Assembly: GCA_033442325.1 (NCBI GenBank)
Contig: JAWQFM010000005.1
Coordinates: forward strand, 2,308,477-2,372,476
Source: Salpingoeca rosetta
Lineage: Eukaryota; Protista; Choanoflagellata
Reading direction: 5' to 3'
Length of the DNA: 64,000 bases
Below, piece after piece: positions 28,301-46,379 of the stretch (position 1 is the stretch's first letter; each line of letters begins with the position of its first letter). Under the pieces are notes generated by a model. That model searched no databases. It was not told the origin of the DNA and saw only the letters and a program-made list of their open reading frames with translations. A program made the position numbers and the translations under genes.

Positions 28301-29750
28301 TTGTCCACGAATGACCTTGCTCCCTCGTACCATGCCGCACCCGCACCACCCGCCGCTGCCGCTGTGATTGCGATGCACATGCTGGCAACCATGCGTTCAT
28401 CCGGCACACAACCCTGTGTTGCAGCTGCTTTTGCTGCGTCTGTCCCTTTTCCTCGCTTTGCGTCTGGCGCCAATCCGTCATCATCATCATCATCACCACC
28501 ACCACCACCACCACCACCACCATGATTATCGCCACCATTGCCGCTGCCAGCTGCGGCCAGGCAGCGCTCCAGCGCCGGCATCACCACAGAGGAGGAGAGC
28601 GCTGTTGCACCGCGGGTGTGGAGCAGCACGCATTCAAGGACGCGCGGGCGGGCGTGTGCAATCAACGACAGTTGAAGCAGCAATGCGTTCACGTTGTGCT
28701 CGCTTCCAGTCTGGTCCTTGATCGCATGCACATCCTCGTTGTCTTCAGCGCCACAATCGGTGTCACAGCCGTAAAGCAGCAAGCCCACGAGGTAGGCCGC
28801 CGCCAGATCGGGTTCTTCTTCGTGCAGTGCGGCCGTTACAAACGACTGCCACAGCACCGCCTCGCTCGTGTTCTTCGTCGCCTCCCCAACAGCTGTTTCC
28901 GCCGCCGCCGTTGCTGCTTCTTGTGGTGTCTCATTGCCGCCATCGTGGCGACGGCACCACTGCATGATCGCCAGCACCACGTCCGCCACCTTCGCGGGCG
29001 TTGCCGCGGCATCAGCCTCCACGCCTCTCAGGCGGTCCGAAACGCGGACGGCAATACTTGCAAGCACAAATCGTGTTGCGGCGCGTGCCTGGGGCGAGCG
29101 GCTGTGCAGGCGCGGCACGAGATCAAGGGTGAGGCGGTGCAGGTCGTGCTCTGGTGTTGTTGCCAGCGACTGCGTGAACTTGGACATGACGGCGGTGGCG
29201 TGGACGCTGCTGCTGCTGCTCAGAAGAAGTTTGCCCAGGATGTTGCCAGGGATGCGCTCAATCAAGTCGCGACGCGTTGCAAGCATGGCGCTCAGCCAGC
29301 CAAGGTCGTGCTCCTGGGTCGTGCCTTCGCCTTGGAGCGACCCCGCTGCCTGTGCACCGCCAGGTGCTGATGGCACTGAGGAGGTGGCTGTGCGTGCGAG
29401 CACGCGTTGCAGCATGTCTGGTTCTCTGCAGTCCAGCAGCACAGCTTGCATGTTGACGTGGTGGTCGAGCTCACGAACGGCCTGCAGCGTGATGGCGCTC
29501 GGCAGCCGCTTGTTCCCAATCACATCTGGCTCCACCAAGTCCACTTTTCCAAGGAGTTTGCTTGACGCGCGCGTTGGCGTCGCCTCCTTGAACGTCATCG
29601 CCAGGAACTGCTCGTACGCCAGGATCCAGTCTGTCTCCGAATCGCTCTGCACGTCATGTGTGTGTGTGTGTTTTGGGGTGGGGGAAGTGCCGTGAGAGAC
29701 AGGCAGACAGACAGACGGACAGATAGACAGACAGAAAGAAAGAGAGAGAG

Positions 29751-29811
<61 letters not shown>

Positions 29812-29955
29812 TGGTGGTGGTGGCTCGGGTCGTNNNNNNNNNNNNNNNNNNNNNNNNNNNNNNNNNNNNNNNNNNNNNNNNNNNNNNNNNNNNNNNNNNN
29901 NNNNNNNNNNNNNNNNNNNNNNNNNNNNNNNNNNNNNNNNNAAAGAAGAAGAGAG

Positions 29956-30023
<68 letters not shown>

Positions 30024-31052
30024 TGGGTGTGCGGGGGAGGAGGACAAGGGAACACTAATAGGTGGAAGCATGAGTGCGCGTGCACGCGTGATTTGTCTTT
30101 GTTCATGTGTTTGTGCAATCACGGGCATGATACACCGAGGGACAAGGAGGGACAGGGCCGGCGTGAGCTTACGAGTTGGCTTGGTTGCAAGTGCTTGAAG
30201 TTTCGAGTGATGGTGGTGCTGATGATGGTTCGAAGGGCAGGGACTGTGGACCACGCGGCGTCAAGCACTATGATGATGGAGAGCAGAGGGAGCAGCAGCA
30301 GTTGACGGGAATGCAGGCATCAGCTGTGACGTTGGTTGGTTGTGCCCACACTTGCGAGCAGGTTGCTCGGCACACGGGCAGAATTACGGCTTATCGCACA
30401 TGTACGGGCGTATACATGACGTCTCATGCACATTCACTTGTATACACCGGTGCACACACACGCACACACATGCACACGCACACACACGCACACACTCACA
30501 CACACATGCACACGCACACACACGCACACACTCACACACACACATGCACATGCACACACATCCACACATTGAGCCTATTGTGCTTCTGACCTTTGGCGTT
30601 GAGGGCGCACAGGCAGAGGATGACGACCAGTGCCTGCTGGTACGCCGTTGCGACCACGAGCGGTGGCGGTGCAAAGTTGGGCGGGAGAGACACGTTGAAG
30701 CGGAGCGTGTACACGGAGAGACGAAGAATGGCGTGGATGAGACTTTCCGCATCGGGAACGTCGACCGGAAGCCCAAAGTGCACGTGGAATGTTGTGGTGC
30801 TCCCGACAATGCGGTACAGAATGTCGAGCGCATCTATTGCCCGAATTTTTTTTTTTTTGGGGGGGGGGGGGGTGATGGGTTGAGGATGAGTCGAGTGAGG
30901 GCGCGGGAAGACCAGCAGGACGACAGGGCGCACATGAACGCACTGTGGATGGGCGACAAGGGCCGAGAGGCGGGCCGTCGCGCACCCACAACCGCATGGC
31001 CACAATTGCGTAGCCACACACACTCACACACACAAACACACACCCACACCCA

Positions 31053-31093
<41 letters not shown>

Positions 31094-33447
31094 ATGTACA
31101 CATGTACACACATCACACACGCACACACATACACACCAACGCACCGCTGCCGGGGAGGTCTGGCCGTTTGGTTGCGAGTGCGACGATGGTGGGGACGACG
31201 TGTGCTGGCAGGGGATGGTGGCGAGCAGCGAGCTCGTACCCGGCAAACTCCTGCGGCGATGCATCGGCCACGTTGCGCCCGAGAAACGACTTGGCGTCCG
31301 TGAGAAAGAACAGGCGGCGCAGCTGATACGCAATGTAGCCCGTTGGCGTCTCCCGCAGATGCGTGTCGAGCATGTGTACGAGCCACAGCAACCCTGCCTC
31401 CTGCGCGGCGGCGACGCGACGCTTGACAGCGCGCGCTGCACCATCAAGTGTGGCCGATGCGCGGGCGGACGGCGCCGGTGCGCTGCTGCTGTCCTCGTCA
31501 GTGATCATGCGATCGGAGGAAGCCTGACGCGCGTTGTGGTTGTGGTCGTGGTCGTCGTCGTTATCATCGGGCGCTGTTGCCATGAAAGGCTGATCGCATG
31601 CGCGTGAAAACGCAAGAACGGCCGTTGCCATTGCATGGGTCGGTACGGCGCAGGCCAGCACCTGTGCGTACACTTCGAGCACGTGCGTCACGTATGACAC
31701 CAGTTGTTTGTGTGGCATGGAGCCCAAATTGCACGCCCTGGACGCCTTGAGCAAGTGTTCGCACAGCGCCGGCGCACTGAAGCCTTCAATCAACGATAGC
31801 TGCAGTGTACAGTTGCATGTGTGTGTGTGTGTCGGGGGGAGGTGAGATTGAATACGCATGTGTGAGTGAGTGAGTGAGTGAGTGAGTGAGTGAGTGAGTG
31901 AGTGAGTGAATGAGTGAGTGAGTGAGTGAGTGAGTGAGTGAGTGAGTGTGTGTGTGTGTGTGCGAGTGCATGCACTTGCGTGGAAACACGTGAAGCGACG
32001 ACAGATGATAAAGAGTGCGCCAAGCGATACTTTGCTAGGCTAGCTCCAAATCCACAAACAACCCCAAGCCCGCTTCAACCATGCGCCCACGACCATGGCA
32101 ATGTGCCCACGTACCCTGCGCACGAAGGCACGGAGTTTGTTGCGAGGATCTGGTGCAGAGATGAGAGTCTTGTGCATCATGTCTGCAGCCTGCTGCATGA
32201 GGGACGCGTTGGCCTTCTCAAACCCAATCTTGATGGCTGCGTTGTCCTGTGCACACACATACGCACGCACGCACACGCACCACACATACACGCACACGCA
32301 CCACACACACACGCACGCACGCACACGCACCACACATACACGCACACGCACCACACACACACACACACACACACGCACACATGGAAAAGGAGGAGCAGAG
32401 GGCATGAAGGGGTGAGGAGGGCAAAGCGAAATTGCGCAAAGGCCTATGGTGACGCGGCCGTGCATAATCAGTCGCATTCATGCATGCGTTGATGGTGGTT
32501 GTTGGCACCCCATGTTGGCTGGCTGGCGTGTGTTGGTGTACTGCTGTCAGGTCCGCTGCGAGCTGCATGCTCTCACCTGAAGCGTTCCCTTCCCATCAAA
32601 CTCGCGTGCAAGCGCCGTTTGCGCCCGTTGCGTCAGCTTCGCCACATTGCGGTTCGTTTCAGCCAGCAGCGCGCTCACAAACACCTGGCGGGGAATGTGG
32701 ATGTGGTGTTGATTGAATTGGATTGGCATGGAGTTGGGTTGGTTGGTTGGGGGGAGGGGAGTCTCAGGTGGATGACAGCATGCACCGCGAGGGCACAGCG
32801 CGGTTGCACATCCTCTATGCACAAACACAGACATATGCACGAACACAGACATGTCCACATGCACACGCATACGCATACGCACACGCATGGCGATTAAACA
32901 CAACACATTGACGCAACAGGTGGCACCACACAGCAGAGCACACGCGCTCACGTCGACAAGGTTGTGTGTTGCGGCGCTGACGACGGGTGTGTTTGGCAGT
33001 TTGAGCATCAAGATCGGGCGCAGGACGGACTTGTCGTTGGAGGACACAATAGTCTTCATCACCGATATGAGATCGCGTAACTGGTTGCTCGTGCCGGCGT
33101 TTGAACCAAGCCACGCCTACCATGTGCAGCAGTCACGATGGTTAGGACGGTCACGATGGTGATGTTGGTGATGTTGGTGATGGTGTGAGCTGGGGGAGGG
33201 CAGTACCACAACGAACCACCAAGTGCGCGTTCGCAGCAGGTACACAACAGACACATGCATGCGCAAAGCATCACGTGTGCGACTCCTGCTGACCTGGAAT
33301 TGCTTCGCAGCAGCAGCAGCAACACCGGGCACGTTGGCCAGCACTTTCATGGCGGCTGCAAGAGATGATGGCTTGACGGCAGCCGGTTTCAGGTGGTTCA
33401 CAGCCTCAACGCACAGCTGCGACACTTGCTTCTCAACTACCACAACG

Positions 33448-33528
<81 letters not shown>

Positions 33529-35381
33529 GACAATAATGAGAACAAATAGGAGGGCGTTGAAAAGGGGGTTAGGAAGTGCAGACACCGCACATTGTGCGCA
33601 TGTGTATGTGTGTGTGTGTCTGTGTGTTGTATTGAACTCACGTCCAACGAAGCGGGGTTGCTGCAGCGGGGTTTCCGGCAGCGGCGACACCTGGTGAGCC
33701 GCAGGGCGATGCGACGACGTTGAGTGGCTCGAAGAAACAAAGCAAGCAACGCGTGCACCGTCACGCGCTTCCCAAATATCATGCTGACGTACAAGCACAC
33801 CTTGAATGCCGTCTCGATCTGTCGAATAAATGCTGTGATGAGCGGATTCTCGATCCACTCCCGTCTGGACAGCGCGTCCTCCACATACAGCTGATGCAAT
33901 GCACGCAAAGTCCAAGGTGAGCAAACACAAGACATGCACGAAACTGCATACCCCAAACGCGCACAAGCCAAACCAGAACAAATCAAAATAATTACACACG
34001 CATGCATCACACACATATGCATCCCACACATGCATCACACACACGCGCGCACACACCACACGCAGGGGTGGCTTACTGCGACGAGGTCGAGGGGCCACGT
34101 CTTCGCGCCACTGAGTCCCACCAGGAGCAGCCGACCAGCAACAGCACGCACCTGCACACGCAAGCAATGTTCGATCATCATACTTCAAACAGTAACAAGA
34201 GCGCAGGGCACGACGACAACTCACAATCATTCCTGGTCACATCGACACGTGGTTATGCTACAGCAGAAGAGCTGGGCTTGCCACAAGGGTTGCGGTGCAG
34301 ACACACGAGACAGAACCAAGGGACCCGGGCCTCACCATGGTTGCACGATCGGCGCTGGGCCACTGCATGTGTGCTCGAAACATGGCCATCAGCACGGACA
34401 ACACTCTTCAGGTGATGGAAAACAAAGCGAGGCGAATAGGGCATGTTGGTGATTGTCAGTGGTAAGGCTGCCGCAACCCCAAGTCAAACTGGTTGTGCTG
34501 AAAACAAACTGGCACGTGCAGCGCAGCACAAATACATTGGGGTGCACACAAACACAAGCGTGTCGCATGAACGCACTTTGTATTGCTGAAGATGGTTGGA
34601 GACTGCTTGGCGAGCAGAAGCAGCGTGACGCAGACCGTCGTCGGGTCATTCTGGGCCTTAATGGCATGCGCTGTCGAAAGGGCGCAAGGATGAATACAAG
34701 CCAAGCGTCAGGTCGTGATGGTGATGCCGACGATGGTGCTGATGACGATGTTGATGTCGATGACAGGGGAAACTGCGCCGAATGTTCTTTCCAGCTACAC
34801 AAGAAGCAGGGCGTTCAGACGAAACAACGCGACATACGGCCCTAGCTCAGTGTGCAGTGATGCCGCGCTCTGCATTGACGTACCAAGAGCAGCGTGGATT
34901 AGCTCCGACACGCGGTCCTGAGCATGTGCTGCTTCGTGGTCCTGGATTTGACGCTTGAACTCTCTTTCGTTGGTGACCAGCGACGCATCTGTAGCCCGCA
35001 CCATCAAGCATCGCTGGTACGCCTAAGCATTCGCAGCGATTGAGGAGGAGGGAAGGGTGAATTGATTGGAGAGTGGCCGTGTGAGTGACGTGAAGCAGCT
35101 GAGACAAAAGCAGAGTCGAGGCGAGCAACTTGAAGACCACGCACCACACAATCTCGCACGACTGCATCGTACATGACAGGGTGCACCCACAACCGCATCG
35201 TTCCGCTCCCCTTGCTTTGTTTTCCTTGGAACCCTCTCCCCCTCCCTTTCTCTCCCGTCTGCCTCTCACTTCTCCGCCGCCCCCTGGCCTGCCTCCCTTC
35301 TCTTCTACTCTGCTCTGGTCTTACCTTTGCGAGGCGATCCCTCACTGCACCCAACGTCACCACACCACCACCAGCACTCAT
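22398..35381 (-). CDS. INTS1: Integrator complex subunit 1-like, large multi-exon gene
   Basis: LYVEDALSRREWIENPLITAFIRQIETAF (~33890-33800) matches the INTS1 motif YIEDSLGERIWVD..FV..IQTAF. WILAYEQFLA...SSKLLGKVDLVEP...RLPSAITLQAVRELDHHVNMQAVLLDCREPDML (~29630-29410) matches ILAFEGHLA..SSLLL..L..LDP..RRPP..LCRSRNPDFL. Very large exons at 27370-29650 and 23970-26030. Start (MSAGGGVV, 35381) and terminal exon (stop 22398) are inferred. Confidence 0.8.
29834..29941. other. Assembly gap (N run) inside an INTS1 intron
   Basis: Run of N. Confidence 1.
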
Positions 35382-35509
35382 CTTTGCTTGCTTGCTTGCT
35401 TGCTTGCTTGTTTGTTCTGTGCGGCTAGTGATGATTTGTCGTATCTTGGTGTGACTTTCGGCGCAGCGCGGAGGACAGGTGGAGACGACGAAGAAGAAGA
35501 ACGGCGACG

Positions 35510-36832
35510 ATGGCAGTGGTGCAGACGCTGCTCGGGTTTGCACGACAGCTGGTGCCCTTTGCACGACGCCAGCCAAGGCCGCTGAAGACGGTGGCAGTGT
35601 GCCTGGTGTGCATCGTGGTCTCGGCAGGGTTGTTTTTGGTGCAGCCGTTGATGGTGCGAAATGCCTTGGACGTGATGTTCAGCGAGGACGCCAGCTACAG
35701 CGGCTTGTACTGGCAGTGCTTCCTGATGCTGCTGAATTACGTCGCCCTGCACGGCGTCCGCCAGATTGGCCTCTTTCGCCAAGGCGTGCTTGCACAACAG
35801 ATCGTGGAGGACGTGCGCGTGCTTGCTTTTTCCGAAATGATTTCCCAGGGCCATGTCGCTGTTGAACGCCGCGGCGTTGGCGCCGCACAGGCAATGCTCA
35901 CCAGCGACGTCACGCACCTCTACACCCTCATCCGCAATCACGCCACGGACATGCTGAACGGTGCGCCGTGTGTGCGTGGATGTCTGTGTGTGTGTCTGTG
36001 TGTCTGTGTGCGTGTGTGCGTGTGTGTCTGTGTGCGTGTGTGTCTGTGTCTGTGTGTGTGCGTGTGTGTGTGTGTACAGAGGGAGAGAGGTGTGCTTGTA
36101 GTGATGCCCAGTTCCTCTTTTGCAGCGTGAGTTGTCGTGGTATGCTGGCAGAGCTGTGAGTTGATGTTTGTTGTATGTGTGCTTCGCGGTGTGGGACGCC
36201 ATAACATCACGCGACGTCAGCATCGTTGTGTACGTGCGTGCAAGTCATGCCTCACTTTTTGGACCCTGCGCCGTCGTGCTGTGATGATGCCTACAGGGCT
36301 GCTGTTCTCTGTGGGAGGGCTGTTGCTCTGCGTGGCCATTCAGCCGTTCCTCACGGTCTTTGTTGTTCTTCTTCTTGCGCCCATGGCGTTTGTCATGAAG
36401 CAGTTTGACAAGATTGGCAAGACGGCAGGGAAAAAGGTGTGTGCGTGTGCTGTGTGTGCGTGTGCTGTGTGTGTGCGTGTGTGTGTGCGTGTGTGTGCAT
36501 GTGTGTGCATGTGTGTGCATGTGTGCATGTGTGTGTGCATGTGTGTGCATGTGTGTGCATGTGTGCATGTGTGTGTGCATGTGTGCGTGTGTGTCTATGT
36601 GTGTGTGTGTGTGTGTTTGCATGCATGCGTGCACCCATGTATACGTCGTGCACACAGTGTTGGTGCTCTTCTTTGCAAGATGGCGATTGCTTGTCACACT
36701 TGCTTTCCCTTTTGACATTGCGACACTTGCCTTGCTTGATATCTGACGCTTGAAATCCTACAACGCCAGATCCAAGAGAGCTTGTCCGACACGATGGACT
36801 CCGTTTCCGAGGCGCTCATGTGCACAAAGTGA
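35510..36832 (+). pseudogene. ABC transporter (ABCB-like) transmembrane-domain fragment, truncated, no NBD
   Basis: Exons 35510-~35961, ~36297-36436 and ~36770-36828. LFLVQPLMVRNALDV (TM1), QIVEDVRVLAFSEMI, GAAQAMLTSDVTHL, LTVFVVLLLAPM and SDTMDSVSEALMCTK follow the ABC_membrane pattern. The frame ends at AA|GTGAG, an apparent donor that also reads as an in-frame TGA. No later TM or Walker A exons found. Confidence 0.6.
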
Positions 36833-36971
36833 GATGCACCACAACTTGGCTGTGATTGATTTGGCGCGGCAGTTTGTGTGTTTGCTGCACACTGTATGAC
36901 ATGGTGTCACATCACGTCTCCCAACTCACTTGCTCCCGTTCTCGCTCTCGTTTACCAACGGCCCATGTTGT

Positions 36972-37107
<136 letters not shown>

Positions 37108-37119
37108 CGACCACGGTGC

Positions 37120-37843
37120 TTACTATGCGTGGGTTGCGGCGGTTGCTCTGCGACGAGTGGGGCGTAGATGCCACCCGGGGACGTGTACTCCAGGGCTCCC
37201 GTGTGGAAGGTCATGAAGAAGTAAAAGTGGGCCAGCGCATGCACGAGCGACACAAAGTGGTAGAGCACGGCAAGGAAGGTCAGGAAGGAGCGCCAGCCAG
37301 ACTTGCAGTAGTCGTTGTCGCCAAACTTGGTGGTGCAGGCGCCAGCAGCCTGGAAGGCGTCAGGAAGGCCCGAGATTATGCTCAGGATGTAGAACTGCAG
37401 CGCAGAGTAGAGCACCAGCAGGTTGGGGTCCTACGCCAGTGGCACGAAGAAAGGGTCACGACAAGGCACAGAAACAGAACGAGGAAGGAGGGAGGGGGAG
37501 ACGAGAAGGAGGAGGAGGAGGAGTGAGGTGGGGCAGGGAAACCATTTGGTGAGGCAATGGCCATGTGGCTGCAGTTGTTATCAGGCCTTTCATCACAGGT
37601 GGCTGGTGCACACGACACAGAGACAGATGCGTGCAAATCAAGCAAGCGGAAACGCGTGCAGACACGCATGCAGGCAATGCGACCTCATACCAGAGAGTGA
37701 AGAGCGAAGATGCCGAGGAGAGGAATGATCATCAGCGTGATGCCCGTGTTCTGTGCAGCGGAGAAGACCATGAACAGGCCTGTAATCACCTGCAAACCGC
37801 ATGCAACTTGCAGGCCCTTGACAAACTGCAACCGAGCAGAGAT

Positions 37844-37924
<81 letters not shown>

Positions 37925-38179
37925 GGGTGAAGGGTGAGAAGGGTGAGAAGGGTGAGAAGGGTGAGAAGGGTGAGATAGGTGAGAACCATCCAATCCAATC
38001 CAATCCAGCCGCATCACCTTCAAATCAAACACACGCACCAAAGCGAGGCGGCCGGAGACGGCGTTGCGTGGGGTCAGGCTCTTGATCATGTAGAAGAGCA
38101 CAGCGCCCATGGCGATGAGGAAAAAGAAGGACAGCGTAGGCACGCCAGCCTTGTTGAAGTTCTGTTGCGCATCAGTCAT
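37120..38179 (-). CDS. Small multipass membrane protein of unknown family (3' end uncertain)
   Basis: Exons 38179-~38015, ~37845-37690 and ~37430-37120 encode about 4-5 hydrophobic helices (SFFFLIAMGAVLFYMI; LQVITGLFMVFS; ITLMIIPLLGIFAL; LLVLYSALQFYILSII; FLTFLAVLYHFVSLVHAL). There is a two-Cys loop and a tail YAPL (YxxPhi-type) motif. Confidence 0.6.
37922..37985. repeat. 9-bp tandem repeat (GAAGGGTGA)n in an intron
   Basis: About 6 consecutive gaagggtga units. Confidence 0.9.
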
Positions 38180-38550
38180 GGCTGGCGATGGGGCTGGTGT
38201 TTGGGGTCTTTGTGTGAAGCAGCAGCAGCAGCAGTGGTTTGGAGAAGTGGTCTGTCTGTGTATGGATTGGTGGTCAGTGTCTTGCGACAAAATGGTGGAT
38301 CGGCGATGGCGGTTTATGTTTCGCACAAGAACAAGAGGAAATTGAGTGCGCACTTGAACGCAGAGCCATCGATGACTCATCAGGGATGCAAAGAAGAGTG
38401 TTGAGTTTGCGTGAGGTGAGTGTGCGTGGCGGTTGTTGGTGGCTGTGCCCAGGTGCGAGTGTGCGAGGGAAAAGGGGGAAAGAGGGGAAGAGGGAAAGGA
38501 GAGAGGAAAGCTGTGCCTGTAGCGGGAGCCCCTGATTGAAGGTGGGAGCT

Positions 38551-43864
<5,314 letters not shown>

Positions 43865-44008
43865 CTTGGCGAGACTTGTTGTGTGCTTGGAGGAGGAGAG
43901 GAAACTGATTTCAGGCACGTCAGTCTGCCGATTCCTAATGGAAAATATTGGTGAACAATCGCCTCACAAACAACAGCCACAGAAACAAGGAACACCGATC
44001 GATCAAAA

Positions 44009-45262
44009 ATGCAGTGGCGGTGCTCCAAGAACGCCGCCCTGGTGGTGGTGGTGGTGGTGATGATGATGGCTATGGTGGCGGCTATCCCACCTCTCTGCAT
44101 GGCTCAAGCAGATGACATTGAGGGCGTGGTGGTGCTTGAGGATGACGGCTCGCTGCACATCAACAGCAGCAGCGTCGGCAAGGTGTACATTGACGGCGAA
44201 GATGTGGTGGCAGAATTGCAGGCAACGAGGAAGTTCATCGCCGCACTCACCTCAACCCCAGCGCAACACATCCAACTTGCCAACCCAGAGGTGACTGTGT
44301 TGTTCGATGGATCAGGCCTCGTCATGAGCGACAAGAAACTGGCCTCGTTCTCCTTCGGGTTCGTACCGTTCTTCAACAACAGTATCAACCTCGCCAACAA
44401 CCAGCTCACCTCCATCGACTTTAACCAAATCACCCACGTCGGTGGTGGCATTGATCTCAGCCACAATCACCTCACCGTCATCGACTTTGGCAACATCACC
44501 AGCGTGAGCTCCATCTACCTCAACTACAACGACCTCACCTCCGTCAACTTTGGACAGATCGCCGGCGACGCTGGTGACATCAACCTCAGCCATAATGACC
44601 TCACCACCATTGACTTTGGACACATCACCAGCGTCAGGTCCATCTCCTTCGACAGCAACAAGTTCACGTCCATTGGCTTTGGGCAGATCATCAGCGTTGG
44701 CGGTGACATCGATCTCCACTATGACTACAACAATGTCCATCTCACCTCCGTCGACTTTGGCAACATCACAAGAGTGGGTGGCGACATTCTCCTCTTCACC
44801 AACGACCTCACCTCCGTCGACTTTGGCAAAATCGCTAGCGTGGGTGGCGATATCGACTTCAGAAACAACTATCACCTCACCTCTGTTGACTTTGGCCAGA
44901 TCACCAACGTGGGCGGCAAAATCAGACTCACCAGCACCGACCTTACTTCCGTCGATTTTGGGCAGATCCTGAGCGTAGGCGGCGACATCGAAGTCTATCA
45001 CACCTACACAAGCAACAACCTCATCTCCATCGACTTCGGCAACATCACCAGAGTGGATGGCAGCATCAAGCTCTACGACAACGACCTCACCTCCGTTGAC
45101 TTTGGCCAGATCACCCATGTGATCTCAATTGACCTCCACAACAACCCTCTGACCTCGGTCGATTGTGCTAACGTAGGCTTCAGCGGCTGCCTCTGTGTTG
45201 ATGCAGGCGTGACGCTCACCAACTGTCGTCGCCTGTGCACAAGCTCCAACTGCGCCCACTGA
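44009..45262 (+). CDS. Intronless secreted LRR/receptor-L-domain-like repeat protein with an N-terminal cubilin-N-like segment and a Cys-rich C-cap
   Basis: 417-aa ORF: hydrophobic N-terminus; VVLEDDGSLHINSSSVGKVYIDGEDVVAELQATRKFIAAL; about 12 repeats of 21-26 aa (consensus GGDIxLxxNxLTSVDFGxITxV); C-terminal CANVGFSGCLCVDAGVTLTNCRRLCTSSNCAH. Confidence 0.85.
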   Translation: MQWRCSKNAALVVVVVVMMMAMVAAIPPLCMAQADDIEGVVVLEDDGSLHINSSSVGKVYIDGEDVVAELQATRKFIAALTSTPAQHIQLANPEVTVLFDGSGLVMSDKKLASFSFGFVPFFNNSINLANNQLTSIDFNQITHVGGGIDLSHNHLTVIDFGNITSVSSIYLNYNDLTSVNFGQIAGDAGDINLSHNDLTTIDFGHITSVRSISFDSNKFTSIGFGQIISVGGDIDLHYDYNNVHLTSVDFGNITRVGGDILLFTNDLTSVDFGKIASVGGDIDFRNNYHLTSVDFGQITNVGGKIRLTSTDLTSVDFGQILSVGGDIEVYHTYTSNNLISIDFGNITRVDGSIKLYDNDLTSVDFGQITHVISIDLHNNPLTSVDCANVGFSGCLCVDAGVTLTNCRRLCTSSNCAH

Positions 45263-46235
45263 CACCCAGTTCTGGAACTGCCACGCGACCATGCACAACC
45301 CCCTTGCCCGTCTGTGCTCTCATGTTTATTTCTGTTGTTATGCGACGTGAGACGCCACATCACCCGTTACCGCGTGGCTTAACTTCTTCTTCCATGCATG
45401 CTTCCTTGCGCGTTACTTGCCATTGCGTTTGTCGGCCGCCTTTACTTTTGTTGCCCTTTGATCGCTTTGGCCTGCTCGTCCCAGCTCGTGCCCCTCCACA
45501 CTACACACCCCTGGCAATAATGTGACCACCCGTTATCGAACAGCGCTCCTTGCTTGTTATTGAGTTGAGTGGCTGTCCTGCTTCACTACGTCACAGCCCC
45601 TGATTGGTTCAATTCGCCGTGCTTGGCAATCGATCAGATGATCACTGTGACAACTTTTGCTGCTCCACACTGTCCTTTGGTTTTCGTTCATGGCTAGTGC
45701 CTGCACGTTCCCCCTTCCCTTCCTTCTTTCCTTCCTTCCTTACCTTCGTCGTCCTCGCTGACACATTCACACATTCACACATTCACACGCACACACACGC
45801 ACGCAGGGAGGGTGTGCGCACCGTCTCTCCTCCCTTCTCCTCCCCTTCTCCCTTCCATCCTTCCTTCCATCCATCGTTGTCCATTTCCTTCTCCTGTGAT
45901 GAACCACGCACAACCAACCAACCAACCAACCAACGACCACATGAATGACCCATCCATCGACAGGTGAGGGTGAGATTGAGTGCTCCCACTTCTTCCTCCC
46001 ACTCCGTGCTCCTTCTCTTCACCTTCTTCTCCTTGCACACTGCGCACAGCAACAACCACCATCATCACCAACAACAACACCAGCAGCGCACGCTGTCATC
46101 GTGTACACACACACACACACACACACACACAACACACACACACACACAACACACACATGTGGACCACCATCCATCCATCCATGCACGGGTGGTTGGATCA
46201 CAGCCAACACACCACTGCGTGTGGCACACACAAAT

Positions 46236-46329
<94 letters not shown>

Positions 46330-46330
46330 G

Positions 46331-46379
<49 letters not shown>

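Noticed and set aside
24137-29695. Long overlapping ORFs such as 25137-26057, 28522-29370 and 28868-29695
   Set aside because: Antisense or alternate frames of GC-rich INTS1 exons, with no independent motifs.
44312-45118. 268-aa repetitive ORF on the minus strand
   Set aside because: Antisense shadow of the LRR gene caused by its codon bias.
44380-45150. Regular DNA repeats with variable intervals, resembling a CRISPR or DGR array
   Set aside because: They are in-frame coding repeats of the LRR protein. There is no reverse transcriptase, template repeat or cas gene in the window.
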